In this document: positions 9,320 to 18,719 of the stretch, piece by piece
Numbering within the stretch: the stretch's first letter is position 1
Layout: each line of letters opens with the position of its first letter
IMG/VR virus record: IMGVR_UViG_3300046810_000338
Span: 62,001 to 126,000 of that record
Reading direction: 5' to 3' (one strand)
DNA length: 64,000 bases
Position numbers and translations under genes: made by a program
Notes under the pieces: generated by a model
Database searches by the model: none
The model's input: the letters and a program-made list of their open reading frames with translations, nothing else
Told to the model about the DNA's origin: nothing

Positions 9320-9343
9320 GCTACAAAAAAAAAAGCATGTAAA

Positions 9344-9380
9344 CATAAAAAGACGGGCCCATCAGGGCCCGGCTTTTATG
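9344..9380. terminator. Bidirectional stem-loop with CATA/TATG arms
   Basis: CATAAAA...GGGCCC-ATCA-GGGCCC...TTTTATG; A10 run upstream. Confidence 0.75.
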
Positions 9381-9410
9381 ACCTAGGTACTTGTAATAAG
9401 GAAATTTGAA

Positions 9411-9429
9411 ACCTAAATTATCTACGTGA
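9411..9429 (+). promoter_or_regulatory. Phage promoter-like motif copy 1 (ACCTAAATTATCTACGTGA)
   Basis: 18/19 identical to 56353-56371; upstream of the nvRNAP gp68-like gene. Confidence 0.65.
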
Positions 9430-9480
9430 GCGCATCGAAAGATTCGTTCTGCTTACTACGCTTCAGGGAGTTGTAACGAC

Positions 9481-11004
9481 ATGCAAATAATCATCGATGG
9501 CTTTTCACCTACAGGCGCCTTTCAAAGCGTTCTGACGGTGCATGGCGATAAGTCGATCAAGTGGAATACCCAAACCCACTCCAAGCTGAAGTTCAACAAC
9601 GCCTCTCTGATCTTCAAGGAGGTTAACGAGTTCTGGGCTCGCAAGCCAGAAGCCGTGCAGTTGGAGGTCTTCGAGGCGTATGAGGCAATCTCGGAGTGCT
9701 TGACGACTCCTGAGGACAGCGAGAACCAAGTGGCTACATTGATGCGCTTGGTGGCAGTCATCTATAAGCACTTCACTATTCGTGATGCTGAAGAGATTGT
9801 CAATGGGCTCAACCTCACGTATCCAAGTACCATGACTGAGGAGTATGGAACCGAGGGCGACAACGGTCGTACTCACCGGCGCTCCGATTATCATCGACTG
9901 GTACAACTGGCTATTCGCCTGCGTCCTATGTTGCCGATCTTCGGGCACTACATCCGCACCTTCCTCGATCAGCCAGGTACTCAGCTGCGCGAAACCTCGG
10001 CCGTGCGTCTGCTCAATGGCACCGATGTACTGACTGTGCCTGCGGTAGAGAAACTGGTCAGCTTCATGGAAGTGACACTCAAAAACTTCCAGCATCAAAA
10101 CTCGACCATTCTCGGTCATCTCGGTTCTGCCGAGACGCCGTACTGGTTGGTGGCAAAAGCATTGTTCCGTCGGGTAGCCCCTGGCGAGATTCATTGCAGT
10201 GACGATGTGTCCAGCATCATCACCAACGTGTACAACTTTGTGGTTAAGTCCACATTGGATTCGGTGCCCCGTAACTTTGGTGGCGCCAAACTCAAAACGC
10301 GTACAACAGAAGGAGCCTCCAAGACTGATGAGAACATCAGTCTGCTCGAAGCTATCCGTATCCGCGAGGAAGTCCCTGGTGGCCGGAAGCGATTTGTTAA
10401 TGTGTACTCTCGCAGCATTCTGTCGATTGCTCAGCGAGTGGACGTAACAGTTCCCCCAGAACTGGTGCTCAGCTGTACTCACCTCACAGGTGAGAAGATC
10501 TTGCGTGACATCCATCCAGCTCAGGAATGCCTGACCCGCTGGACACTGTCTCGTGGTTGTCCTCCAACACATTGGGATCTGCTGCAATGTGAAGGGGCGT
10601 TCCGGTATATGGGCGCAGCGCAGGCGTTGCTCACGCACTGGGGCAATTTGGAGTTTGCAGCGTTGTTGGATGCTGTGCCTTCCAAGGACATCAACCGCAG
10701 TCCAATGGCGTCTCTCTGGTCGCGTAGTCAGTTGGGTAAAGAGCAGTTGGAGAAACTGCGAGCGCGGTATCCGCACTCTACCCCACTGGGTCGCAAAGAT
10801 CCAAACCCAGACGAGGCAAACCAAGGGGTTGCCGATCTTAATGCACTGGCTAGACTTATCTTCAGTGAAGAGTGGATATTGTCTAAGGATTCTGCGTACT
10901 ACGATCGTGTCACCCACAACGATCAAGGCTACATTATCCTTTCTCCAGGTTTCCGTAACAACATGGCTGACTTGTTGCTCGATGTTTCCTCGGGCACATG
11001 GTAA
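9481..11004 (+). CDS. Non-virion RNAP fifth (promoter-specificity) subunit, phiKZ gp68-like
   Basis: 507 aa; LRPMLPIFGHY and ENISLLEAIRIRE segments; position between gp67-like and gp69-like genes. Confidence 0.75.
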   Translation: MQIIIDGFSPTGAFQSVLTVHGDKSIKWNTQTHSKLKFNNASLIFKEVNEFWARKPEAVQLEVFEAYEAISECLTTPEDSENQVATLMRLVAVIYKHFTIRDAEEIVNGLNLTYPSTMTEEYGTEGDNGRTHRRSDYHRLVQLAIRLRPMLPIFGHYIRTFLDQPGTQLRETSAVRLLNGTDVLTVPAVEKLVSFMEVTLKNFQHQNSTILGHLGSAETPYWLVAKALFRRVAPGEIHCSDDVSSIITNVYNFVVKSTLDSVPRNFGGAKLKTRTTEGASKTDENISLLEAIRIREEVPGGRKRFVNVYSRSILSIAQRVDVTVPPELVLSCTHLTGEKILRDIHPAQECLTRWTLSRGCPPTHWDLLQCEGAFRYMGAAQALLTHWGNLEFAALLDAVPSKDINRSPMASLWSRSQLGKEQLEKLRARYPHSTPLGRKDPNPDEANQGVADLNALARLIFSEEWILSKDSAYYDRVTHNDQGYIILSPGFRNNMADLLLDVSSGTW

Positions 11005-11029
11005 GCAATCAATTTAAGGAGTGCTACAA

Positions 11030-12598
11030 ATGGGTATGAAAATTATCGGTGTGCTGATGGCAGAGACTCCTGGTTCAAGCCAGATGTACCTGCGTCCGTA
11101 CAAGCTGGAATGGAAAGACTCCTACGGCGATGCATTGCAGGAATCCACCAACGGTGGTGTCAACCTGTCCGTCGGCGCTATCGCTGGCACGGCGATGCAG
11201 ATGCTCAAGCCAAGCGAGCAGCCCATCGGCATGGCTCAGATTGCCAACGGCATGGGTAGCACTCGTCTGACCTGTACCTTCGTGGTTGAGTTGGACAACG
11301 AAGGTGGTCAGGTACGTCAGGAAGTTCTGACTGCCTACACTGACCATGACGGCATGTCTGACAATCTGGGCAAGATGGCGCTCGATGCAGACATGCGCTT
11401 CTTCTTCAATCAGGTCGGTAACCTGACCATCAACGCAGGCTACGGCGCTGAAGGCTACGGTAGCTATCAGTTCACCAACGCTACGCAGATCATGACCCCG
11501 ATGCAGGGTTGGGATAACTCCAACGATATCCCGATCGTCAACCGCAGCATGGCTGCATGTCGGCCGAAAGATGTCCTGAGTCGTCTGGGTGAAGGTGCGC
11601 TGCCTGCTGCTGGCGATAACCTTTCGACTGTGCTGGCTAACACTGGCTATAACTTTGCCGCTACTGCAAAGCGTTCCAGCCGTAGCAACAACGTGGCTCC
11701 GGAATTCCTGAGCCGTGTGTTGACAGGTTATCGTGACAGCATGGTCAGTGCTGATACCGATGACCGCTCTGCTCCCAATCAGTTGCAAGCGGCCGCCGAG
11801 AGCGCCTACATCAATGAACCGCTGACTGCCAGCAGCGCATTGTTGACCGCTCTGGGTCGTCGTTCCAACTTCAAGAGCGAGTGGTCGGTAACCTGGAAAG
11901 AGCTGTTGGCTCTCGATCCAACCCTGGTTAATCGGGTTACTCCGATCAAGATGAACGCGGCGTACCGCGATCATTCGGCTGCGATCTTGCATGGCGCTGC
12001 TGGTTGGGATAGCACAAGCTTCGAAGCACAGGTTGCCCAACAGTGCACCATGGTGATTCCTGCCAGCATGGTCAAGTTTGCAGCGGGCGCGATTCACTTC
12101 ATCGCTCACTCCGAAACCATGGACGGCTCAACCGTCGTTCGCCTTTTGAATGCCCGAGGCATTCAGCAAGGCGTGGTGTTGGATGGTCTCACCGCAATGA
12201 TTGAACAACACCTTGCTTTCGAGGTGTATCCGCAATTAAATCAGTACGGCCGGTGGAAACTGTATATCGAAGCAGACATTCGTCTGAACGGTATCTCGAC
12301 GATTACCGTCGGTCTCAATAGCGGTCCGAAGGTGCCTTTCATGGCAGCTACGTATTGCGATGCGGTGTACACGTCATGCCTGAGCCCAAGTCAACAAGCG
12401 TTGGACACTCTGAGTCAAAGCCTGGGCAACCTGGCCGCTAACCTCACTGCCAACGCGCTGTCGTCGGGTCCTGGTGTTATCCATAGTGGCACAGGTCCTG
12501 TTCGGTCCTACAACTACGGTAACCAGGCTGCCAGCATGTCACTCTCTAATATTCAAACAGCTGTTCCGGGTATGCCTGGCGGTGGTTTGGGTTTCTGA
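11030..12598 (+). CDS. picA: Probable phage nuclear import factor PicA/Imp1 (phiKZ gp69-like)
   Basis: ATG 11030 with AAGGAG RBS; about 520 aa; YLRPY segment; immediately follows gp68-like gene as in phiKZ. Confidence 0.65.
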   Translation: MGMKIIGVLMAETPGSSQMYLRPYKLEWKDSYGDALQESTNGGVNLSVGAIAGTAMQMLKPSEQPIGMAQIANGMGSTRLTCTFVVELDNEGGQVRQEVLTAYTDHDGMSDNLGKMALDADMRFFFNQVGNLTINAGYGAEGYGSYQFTNATQIMTPMQGWDNSNDIPIVNRSMAACRPKDVLSRLGEGALPAAGDNLSTVLANTGYNFAATAKRSSRSNNVAPEFLSRVLTGYRDSMVSADTDDRSAPNQLQAAAESAYINEPLTASSALLTALGRRSNFKSEWSVTWKELLALDPTLVNRVTPIKMNAAYRDHSAAILHGAAGWDSTSFEAQVAQQCTMVIPASMVKFAAGAIHFIAHSETMDGSTVVRLLNARGIQQGVVLDGLTAMIEQHLAFEVYPQLNQYGRWKLYIEADIRLNGISTITVGLNSGPKVPFMAATYCDAVYTSCLSPSQQALDTLSQSLGNLAANLTANALSSGPGVIHSGTGPVRSYNYGNQAASMSLSNIQTAVPGMPGGGLGF

Positions 12599-12613
12599 TC
12601 CATGGGGGATCAA

Positions 12614-13993
12614 ATGGAACAAGCAGTTGAGTTTCTGAAGCAAATCGTTGTCTCTCTGGGCTTCGATGTTGCTGGCTATCGCATCTTCAACACGGATGCA
12701 GACGGCGATAAGGCAATCACCGTGGGCGGCAAGGATCTGATCCTGCCGAATCGTGAGGGTTTGGATAACCTCTACAAGGAAGGCGCGGTCGCTTTCAACC
12801 CGCTGTGTGAAAACACGCTCAAGGGGCCTTCTGAAGTCCAGGAAGAGTTGAACGATATGGTTCACTCGGCTCTGAACATTCGCATGATGGCCCTGATCTA
12901 CAACCTGGCCAAAGTCGCAGGCTCCGATAAAGCCAACGACAACAAGCTCAACACGCTGCAAGCTGAGTTCCTGCCGTGCCTCACCGGCTACGACAAGGAA
13001 ATGGTCAAACGCTTCGCCTCGGTTATCCGGGCCTGTACAGCCGACGACTACAAGACCAGCCTGATCTACCTGACGCTCAAACGTCAGGGTAAGCTGGGCA
13101 ACACGGCCTACTCTCGAATCTGTACCGTTCGTTTCCCGTTTGCGGAAATGGAGCGCAAAGACAAGCCTTACGGCGTGGCCTTGCGCATTGCCGACTACGA
13201 CAGTCTGCGTAACCTGCTGGAATACATCCTGCCTGGTTGGGCTGAAGACAACACGTACAGTCGTGGTACCGACTCCAAGACAGCACCGTACTTCACCGCA
13301 CTGATCACTTCGTACTACGCGATCAACTCGCGTATCACGGCGATCGCCAAGTTGTTCCAGGTCGACTTCCCTGAATTCGGCACACTGGTCAACGAAGATC
13401 CATGGATCGCCAGTATGGGTAACCTGGCTCAGATGCGCGATAGCCTGCCTTCTCTGGAAGGTAACGAAGGCAAGAACGCAAAAGGTACAGGTTCGACGAC
13501 TGAAGTTCCAGTGATTGCCGATCCTCAGCCGGCTCGTTCGATTGGCGTTCCGACGCTCTCGGTTGACTCGCCTGAACTGCCTTGGAATGGTCAGGGTGCG
13601 GCACCTCCAGCGGCTGCTCCTGCTCCTACCCGCGTAGCAGATGACGATGTGGTCGAGTACGTTCCTCGCGCTGCAACAGTCCCTGCCATGCACGGCGCAA
13701 TCCCTGGGGTGCAAACTGGTCAGATCCCAACCGGCTATGCACCCGTGGCTAACAACGCTGCTCCAACCTTCGCTCAGATGGCACAGCAGCGCGTGCAGTC
13801 GCAACCCAGCTACTACGGCACACAGGGTCCAAGTCTGCCACCGGTCGGCGGTTCGCCCTTCGCAGCCACAGCGGGTACCAATACCGGACATGTGCCGCAT
13901 AATCCCAATGCACACATCCCGTACATTGCTACCACCCCTCAACCTCAAGCACCACATGTGATCATTGGCCAACCCCAAGGTCGTGGTTTCTAA
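12614..13993 (+). CDS. Conserved core protein (phiKZ gp70-like) with long P/A/Q/G-rich disordered tail
   Basis: FNPLCEN and APYFTALI segments; low-complexity last ~170 aa; start could also be 12602. Confidence 0.65.
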   Translation: MEQAVEFLKQIVVSLGFDVAGYRIFNTDADGDKAITVGGKDLILPNREGLDNLYKEGAVAFNPLCENTLKGPSEVQEELNDMVHSALNIRMMALIYNLAKVAGSDKANDNKLNTLQAEFLPCLTGYDKEMVKRFASVIRACTADDYKTSLIYLTLKRQGKLGNTAYSRICTVRFPFAEMERKDKPYGVALRIADYDSLRNLLEYILPGWAEDNTYSRGTDSKTAPYFTALITSYYAINSRITAIAKLFQVDFPEFGTLVNEDPWIASMGNLAQMRDSLPSLEGNEGKNAKGTGSTTEVPVIADPQPARSIGVPTLSVDSPELPWNGQGAAPPAAAPAPTRVADDDVVEYVPRAATVPAMHGAIPGVQTGQIPTGYAPVANNAAPTFAQMAQQRVQSQPSYYGTQGPSLPPVGGSPFAATAGTNTGHVPHNPNAHIPYIATTPQPQAPHVIIGQPQGRGF

Positions 13994-13997
13994 CACC

Positions 13998-14040
13998 GGC
14001 ATAAACCCTCTCCCCTTTGGGGGAGAGGGGCTTTTATACG
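13998..14040. terminator. Bidirectional terminator between convergent genes
   Basis: GGCATAA-CCCTCTCCCC-TTTG-GGGGAGAGGG-GCTTTTATAC. Confidence 0.8.
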
Positions 14041-14047
14041 TCGGTTA

Positions 14048-14398
14048 TTATTTTCCAACTTTTCCGAGTGATGTAGAGTAAAGTCCCTTAATCTTCTTGT
14101 AAGCTTCGGAGTTAGGGATGAGCAGATAATCCACGGTGTTGTCAAAAACCGTGGGAGATTCAATGTCGCTCAACCGCATCGTGAGCCAATGCAGTTCTGG
14201 GTTAATGCTTTTGGCCGTCAGATACCCGTAGAGATCATACTGGTAAACGTAGGCCAAATGCTGATCCACTGCATGGTAATCGTAATTACCGCCTGCTCGG
14301 AAATACGCTCGATGGGTTTCCAACGTCAAGCGAAAACCATCTTTGTTGGTAATGGCCGAAGGTATTGGAACGGCCAATGAAAGGACTGGCATAACCAT
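14048..14398 (-). CDS. Small conserved phiKZ-like protein (possible LysM/tail-X-like fold)
   Basis: AYVYQYDLYGYL, LHWLTMRL, LLIPN segments; start uncertain (14392-14419); fold is inference. Confidence 0.6.
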   Translation of the reverse strand: MVMPVLSLAVPIPSAITNKDGFRLTLETHRAYFRAGGNYDYHAVDQHLAYVYQYDLYGYLTAKSINPELHWLTMRLSDIESPTVFDNTVDYLLIPNSEAYKKIKGLYSTSLGKVGK

Positions 14399-14430
14399 GA
14401 GAGTACCCGCTAAATACAAATAGAATAAAG

Positions 14431-14449
14431 ACCTATATCATCTTAATGA
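14431..14449 (+). promoter_or_regulatory. Promoter-like motif copy 2 (ACCTATATCATCTTAATGA)
   Basis: Degenerate match to the 19 bp motif; upstream of nvRNAP beta C gene. Confidence 0.5.
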
Positions 14450-14533
14450 GATGGTGAAAACTGTTTCTATCAAGGGTATTGATTCCTCCAGCAATGTCTG
14501 TTGGATGGGTCAAGTAAGAACAGGAAAAGCAAC

Positions 14534-16666
14534 ATGCCAAGAAGCACAGCTAACCAGCTGCATCCTGAGTTCCTGTCCACACAGAACCTCAACTCGTTCT
14601 CCGGCAATGACTCAGCTTCTCGTAAGCAGATGATGGCCGGCAACATGCCACAGGTTCTCTCGCTCATTACGCCCACACGACGTATTTTGATGACGGGAAC
14701 GGAGCCTGAGTACGCAAAATACGTATTCAAGGTCGAAATGCCTGTCGATGCTTACATCATCGACATTATTGACCGGGTTACCAGTAGCAACGTTAAGGGT
14801 GCTTTGAAGAAGAACCCTGAGCGTCTGGTGATCTACGAATCCATTGACACGGGCGAGATTGGTATCCTCAGGATTCCAAAGTACATGTCCTTTCACAAGC
14901 GCTTTGGGTTTGAACAAATCCCAGTGCCTGAGAACATGGCTCTGCTCGACAATGCATTGACTAGCCGATCCCCAACGGTTATTCGTGCAGGCACGGTGTT
15001 TGCCCGTCCAGCCACTGTAACGCCGGAAGGCGAGTACATGTTCGGGCGTGAAGCACGTTGTGCATGGGTTACATTGCCTGCGGTAATTGAAGACGGTGCG
15101 ATCATTAGCGAAAGCTTTGCACGTTCTCTGTCTTCTTGGATCTACGAGGACCGTACAGTCTCGTATGGTCGCGACTGGTATCCGCTGAACCTGCATGGTG
15201 ACGATGAAGTTTATCGCGCTCACCTGGACGTAGGTGAAGTGGTTGGGGATGATGGTATCCTCATGGCACTGCGTCGCAAGCGTCCACTGCTCGGCGCTGT
15301 AGAGATGACGCCAGAACGACTGCGTAAGGTCGACCGGATCTTCGACAAACTGATCAAAGTACCGCCAGGATCAGAAGTGGTGAACGTCATCGTTCAACAC
15401 GACGCCGAAGCCCGTGTCAATAATACTCCGATGGGTATGGAGTATTCCCCTCAACGTTACGACGATGCCCAACGTCGTTATTACAACAAGATCATTGCCC
15501 GGTATCGTGAGCTTGAAGATACCCGCAAGACCGATCTGACTATGACCCGCGATTTCCATCGACTGATCGTCGAAGCGCTGGTTTATGTCAACCCGTATCA
15601 CAAGGGTGGTCGTAAGCTCTGTTACCGCAAGTTGGACTTGGACGACTGGCGTGTAACGATCACTATCCGTAAGCGCATCTGTGCTGGAATGGGGATCAAG
15701 CTCACCGACATGCACGGCGGTAAAGGTGTTGTCTGTAAAGTAACCCGCGATGAAGACATGCCGCGTGATAAGCACGGCAAGATTCTGGATCTGGTCATGG
15801 ACCCAATGTCCCTGACCAAGCGGATGAACAACGGACGGATCATCGAGCCCCGTATTTCGTCTACATGTATCGAGTATACTCGACTGCTGCGTGAAGAGCT
15901 GGGGCTACACGATGAAGAGATCCAGTGGGGCGTCTCAGGGCGCGCTGTAGCCACGTTAAGCGAAGAGCGGTGCGCTGCACTGTTCAAGCAGTACATGGGC
16001 TTCTATGAGCTTATCAGCCCGTGGATGCATCAGGGTATTAAAGAGTGCGAAGACTTCGATGTTCGAGGTCATCTGCAAACCATTGTTTCCCACACCATGC
16101 AGCTTTGGTTGCCAACCGATAACCCAGTGGTTTATTCGGACTTGCATCCTCGCCTCAAAGCAGAACACCCGGCTAACTACAGCCAGCTCACCTTCAAAGT
16201 GGGTCATGGTGAAAATGCTAAGTGGGAAACGACTGTCAAATCCTGTATGGTTGGCAGTATCTACACGGTCATGTTGGAGAAGATTGCTCGGGATATGTCC
16301 GCAGTGGCTTCTGCTCGTCTGCAAATCAACGGCGTACCTTCCAGGATCGCCAACGCAGATCGTTACAGCAGTCATGTTCGTCAGCAACCAATGCGTATCG
16401 CTGGCGAAACAGAAGTGCGGTTGATGTTGATGGCAATTGGTGGTATGGCGACACGGGATCTGTTGGAGCAAACCAACAACCCAGACTCGCATGCCATTAT
16501 CATCGAGAACATCATCCTCGACGAGCGTCCAACGGATATGGAAAGTGTCATTGACCGGGAACTGTTCCCAGCCAACGGACACAGGATTCGTAAACAGATC
16601 GAACACTTGCACATGTGTGCCGGTATCGGCCTGCGCCTCGAACCCGATTTCATTCCCAACGAATAA
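14534..16666 (+). CDS. Non-virion RNAP beta C-terminal subunit (phiKZ gp71-73-like), uninterrupted
   Basis: SASRKQM, EDGAIISES, KLTDMHGGKGVV, RMNNG and PMRIAGETEVR motifs; start moved to ATG 14534. Confidence 0.93.
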   Translation: MPRSTANQLHPEFLSTQNLNSFSGNDSASRKQMMAGNMPQVLSLITPTRRILMTGTEPEYAKYVFKVEMPVDAYIIDIIDRVTSSNVKGALKKNPERLVIYESIDTGEIGILRIPKYMSFHKRFGFEQIPVPENMALLDNALTSRSPTVIRAGTVFARPATVTPEGEYMFGREARCAWVTLPAVIEDGAIISESFARSLSSWIYEDRTVSYGRDWYPLNLHGDDEVYRAHLDVGEVVGDDGILMALRRKRPLLGAVEMTPERLRKVDRIFDKLIKVPPGSEVVNVIVQHDAEARVNNTPMGMEYSPQRYDDAQRRYYNKIIARYRELEDTRKTDLTMTRDFHRLIVEALVYVNPYHKGGRKLCYRKLDLDDWRVTITIRKRICAGMGIKLTDMHGGKGVVCKVTRDEDMPRDKHGKILDLVMDPMSLTKRMNNGRIIEPRISSTCIEYTRLLREELGLHDEEIQWGVSGRAVATLSEERCAALFKQYMGFYELISPWMHQGIKECEDFDVRGHLQTIVSHTMQLWLPTDNPVVYSDLHPRLKAEHPANYSQLTFKVGHGENAKWETTVKSCMVGSIYTVMLEKIARDMSAVASARLQINGVPSRIANADRYSSHVRQQPMRIAGETEVRLMLMAIGGMATRDLLEQTNNPDSHAIIIENIILDERPTDMESVIDRELFPANGHRIRKQIEHLHMCAGIGLRLEPDFIPNE

Positions 16667-16675
16667 GGACTGGAC

Positions 16676-18661
16676 ATGGCACTCACAATGAAGCCGTTAG
16701 TGCGTGGGCGAGACGCACTGCTGCACCGTCCAGAACAGATTGAAGCATGGCTGGTAGGTTTGGGCTTTGGTCGATTCGATGAGATCGACCTGGAGCTGGA
16801 TGATGGGATTCATCAATCCACTGTTCAGCGATTGGTGTATTCGACGTTCTGTTGGAACTTCCAACGGCTATACGTCAATGCCCCATTGGCCAAACGCCAT
16901 CTGCTGACTGGGCGAGTAACTTCCAACAGCCACATCCGGCTGATGGATCACAGTTACTGGGATACGTTTGACGTCTATGACTGCGAGCTGGATCTGGAGT
17001 TCTTGGATCTGGTTGCGTACAAGTCGTCGAATGCCATTTACAACTACGGCGTAACTCACCTGCAAGCGTTTGTAGAAACGCTCTCGATGGACGACTATGT
17101 TGATCTGGTAGAGTCCCCTGGGATTAAAGCAGCGTTGGCAGCGGTTGAACCTAACCGCAAATCAATCGCTGAGTGTCACCGCACGATCAGTAACCTGCTG
17201 ATGACGGCACCCGATCTGGCCAAGAACACCCTGGCCGAGTTCTGCCGTTCGAAGTTTATCTCGATGGGCCAGGTGCTTCAGTGCATTGGGCCGAAAGGCT
17301 ATCCAACCGAGATCGATTCTACGTACTACGACTTCCCAATCCTGAACTCGTTCTTGACTGGGTTGAATACGTTGCCTGAATCTGCGGCCGAGTCCCGCTC
17401 TGCTACTAAAGCGATGTACTACTCAAAGGACCACGTAGAGAAAGGCGAGTATTTCCAGCGTAAGATGCAGTTGGGTACCTTCCCTGTCGCCAGACTGTTC
17501 AAAGGCGATTGTGGCACGACCAAGCATCTGATCGTCACCATTCGTGAAGATCTGTTGTACGCGCTGGCCGGTAAGTACATGCTACAACCAGACGGCAGTT
17601 ACAAGGCTATCTGGAAGCACGACACTCACCTGATTGGACAAACGGTTCAGCTGCGTTCCTCGATGCATTGTCAGCGTTGGCACGAGCATGGCGTTTGTCA
17701 TACCTGCTTCGGTTATCTTGGCCACTCCGTAGTGGCTGGCTCCAACCTGGGTCATGTGTGCTCTTCTGAGCTGTGTAAGGATGCGAGTCAGGCTCTCCTG
17801 GCGGTTAAGCACTCTGACAGCACCAGCGAGATTGCAGACATCACCCTGGGCGACTTGGAGGCACTGTACTTGGCGCCAGCGCCGGGTACGGAGGCAGACC
17901 TGCGCTTACTCGAACTGGGTAACCTCAAGAACCTCCGTTTGGCCATCGAAGAGCGTTATGTTCGTAACATCAACGACATCAACGTAATCGACGACCTTAG
18001 CAAACTGACCATCAGCAACACCTCCTCCATTTACAGCATGCAGCTGTGGTTCGAGGATGAAGATGGTTTCGAACAGGCGGTTCGTCTGGTCGTTGCTAAC
18101 GGTTCGCGACTGGCATCGTTAACGATCCAGGCGCTGGCCTACATCCGTAAGAAAGGTTGGACCATCTCTGAGGATGGCACGTATGTGGTGAACATGGCTG
18201 ATTGGGACTACGATGATTCTATCCTGGCCCTCCCAGTGCAACACGCCAACATGCTGGAGTACATCTCCGAGGTGGAAGTCTTCATTCGCTCCAGTGGTTC
18301 GGGCGAAGGCGAAGGCTCGCGTGATCGCTTGATCAACTACGAAAACATTGCTGATGGTTTGATGCTCTTCAATGACCTGGTCTCCTCCAAGCTCGCGATG
18401 AACTTGGCGCACCAGGAAATTGTAGTAGGGTGCATGACAGCCCGTAGTGCCACAGATGCTCGTTTCCCCACCAGCCCAGCTGAAGGGGTAATCATGCCAT
18501 ACGAAGACCTTATGCGTAAGCGTAGTCTTTCGGGTGCGCTTGCTTACGAACATTTGGAACGCATCTATGGGGTACCTGACACGTATCTAAACCAACACCG
18601 GTGCTATCACCCGATGGATGCTCTGATCGCAGACATCCCTGAAGGAATGACGGTGCTGTAA
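16676..18661 (+). CDS. Non-virion RNAP beta-prime C-terminal subunit (phiKZ gp74-like)
   Basis: QVLQCIGPKG, ESRSATKA, GDCGT, RSSMHC...VCHTCFG Zn site, SQALLAVKH. Confidence 0.93.
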   Translation: MALTMKPLVRGRDALLHRPEQIEAWLVGLGFGRFDEIDLELDDGIHQSTVQRLVYSTFCWNFQRLYVNAPLAKRHLLTGRVTSNSHIRLMDHSYWDTFDVYDCELDLEFLDLVAYKSSNAIYNYGVTHLQAFVETLSMDDYVDLVESPGIKAALAAVEPNRKSIAECHRTISNLLMTAPDLAKNTLAEFCRSKFISMGQVLQCIGPKGYPTEIDSTYYDFPILNSFLTGLNTLPESAAESRSATKAMYYSKDHVEKGEYFQRKMQLGTFPVARLFKGDCGTTKHLIVTIREDLLYALAGKYMLQPDGSYKAIWKHDTHLIGQTVQLRSSMHCQRWHEHGVCHTCFGYLGHSVVAGSNLGHVCSSELCKDASQALLAVKHSDSTSEIADITLGDLEALYLAPAPGTEADLRLLELGNLKNLRLAIEERYVRNINDINVIDDLSKLTISNTSSIYSMQLWFEDEDGFEQAVRLVVANGSRLASLTIQALAYIRKKGWTISEDGTYVVNMADWDYDDSILALPVQHANMLEYISEVEVFIRSSGSGEGEGSRDRLINYENIADGLMLFNDLVSSKLAMNLAHQEIVVGCMTARSATDARFPTSPAEGVIMPYEDLMRKRSLSGALAYEHLERIYGVPDTYLNQHRCYHPMDALIADIPEGMTVL

Positions 18662-18719
18662 CAGGTGAGGTGCCTCCTGGCGGGGGCACGCTCCCTGGAT
18701 CTTCGTAGGGGGAGAGCGA

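Noticed and set aside
9156-9386. 76 aa ORF spanning the SSB C-terminus and terminator
   Set aside because: Alternative frame of a low-complexity region running through a terminator; no RBS.
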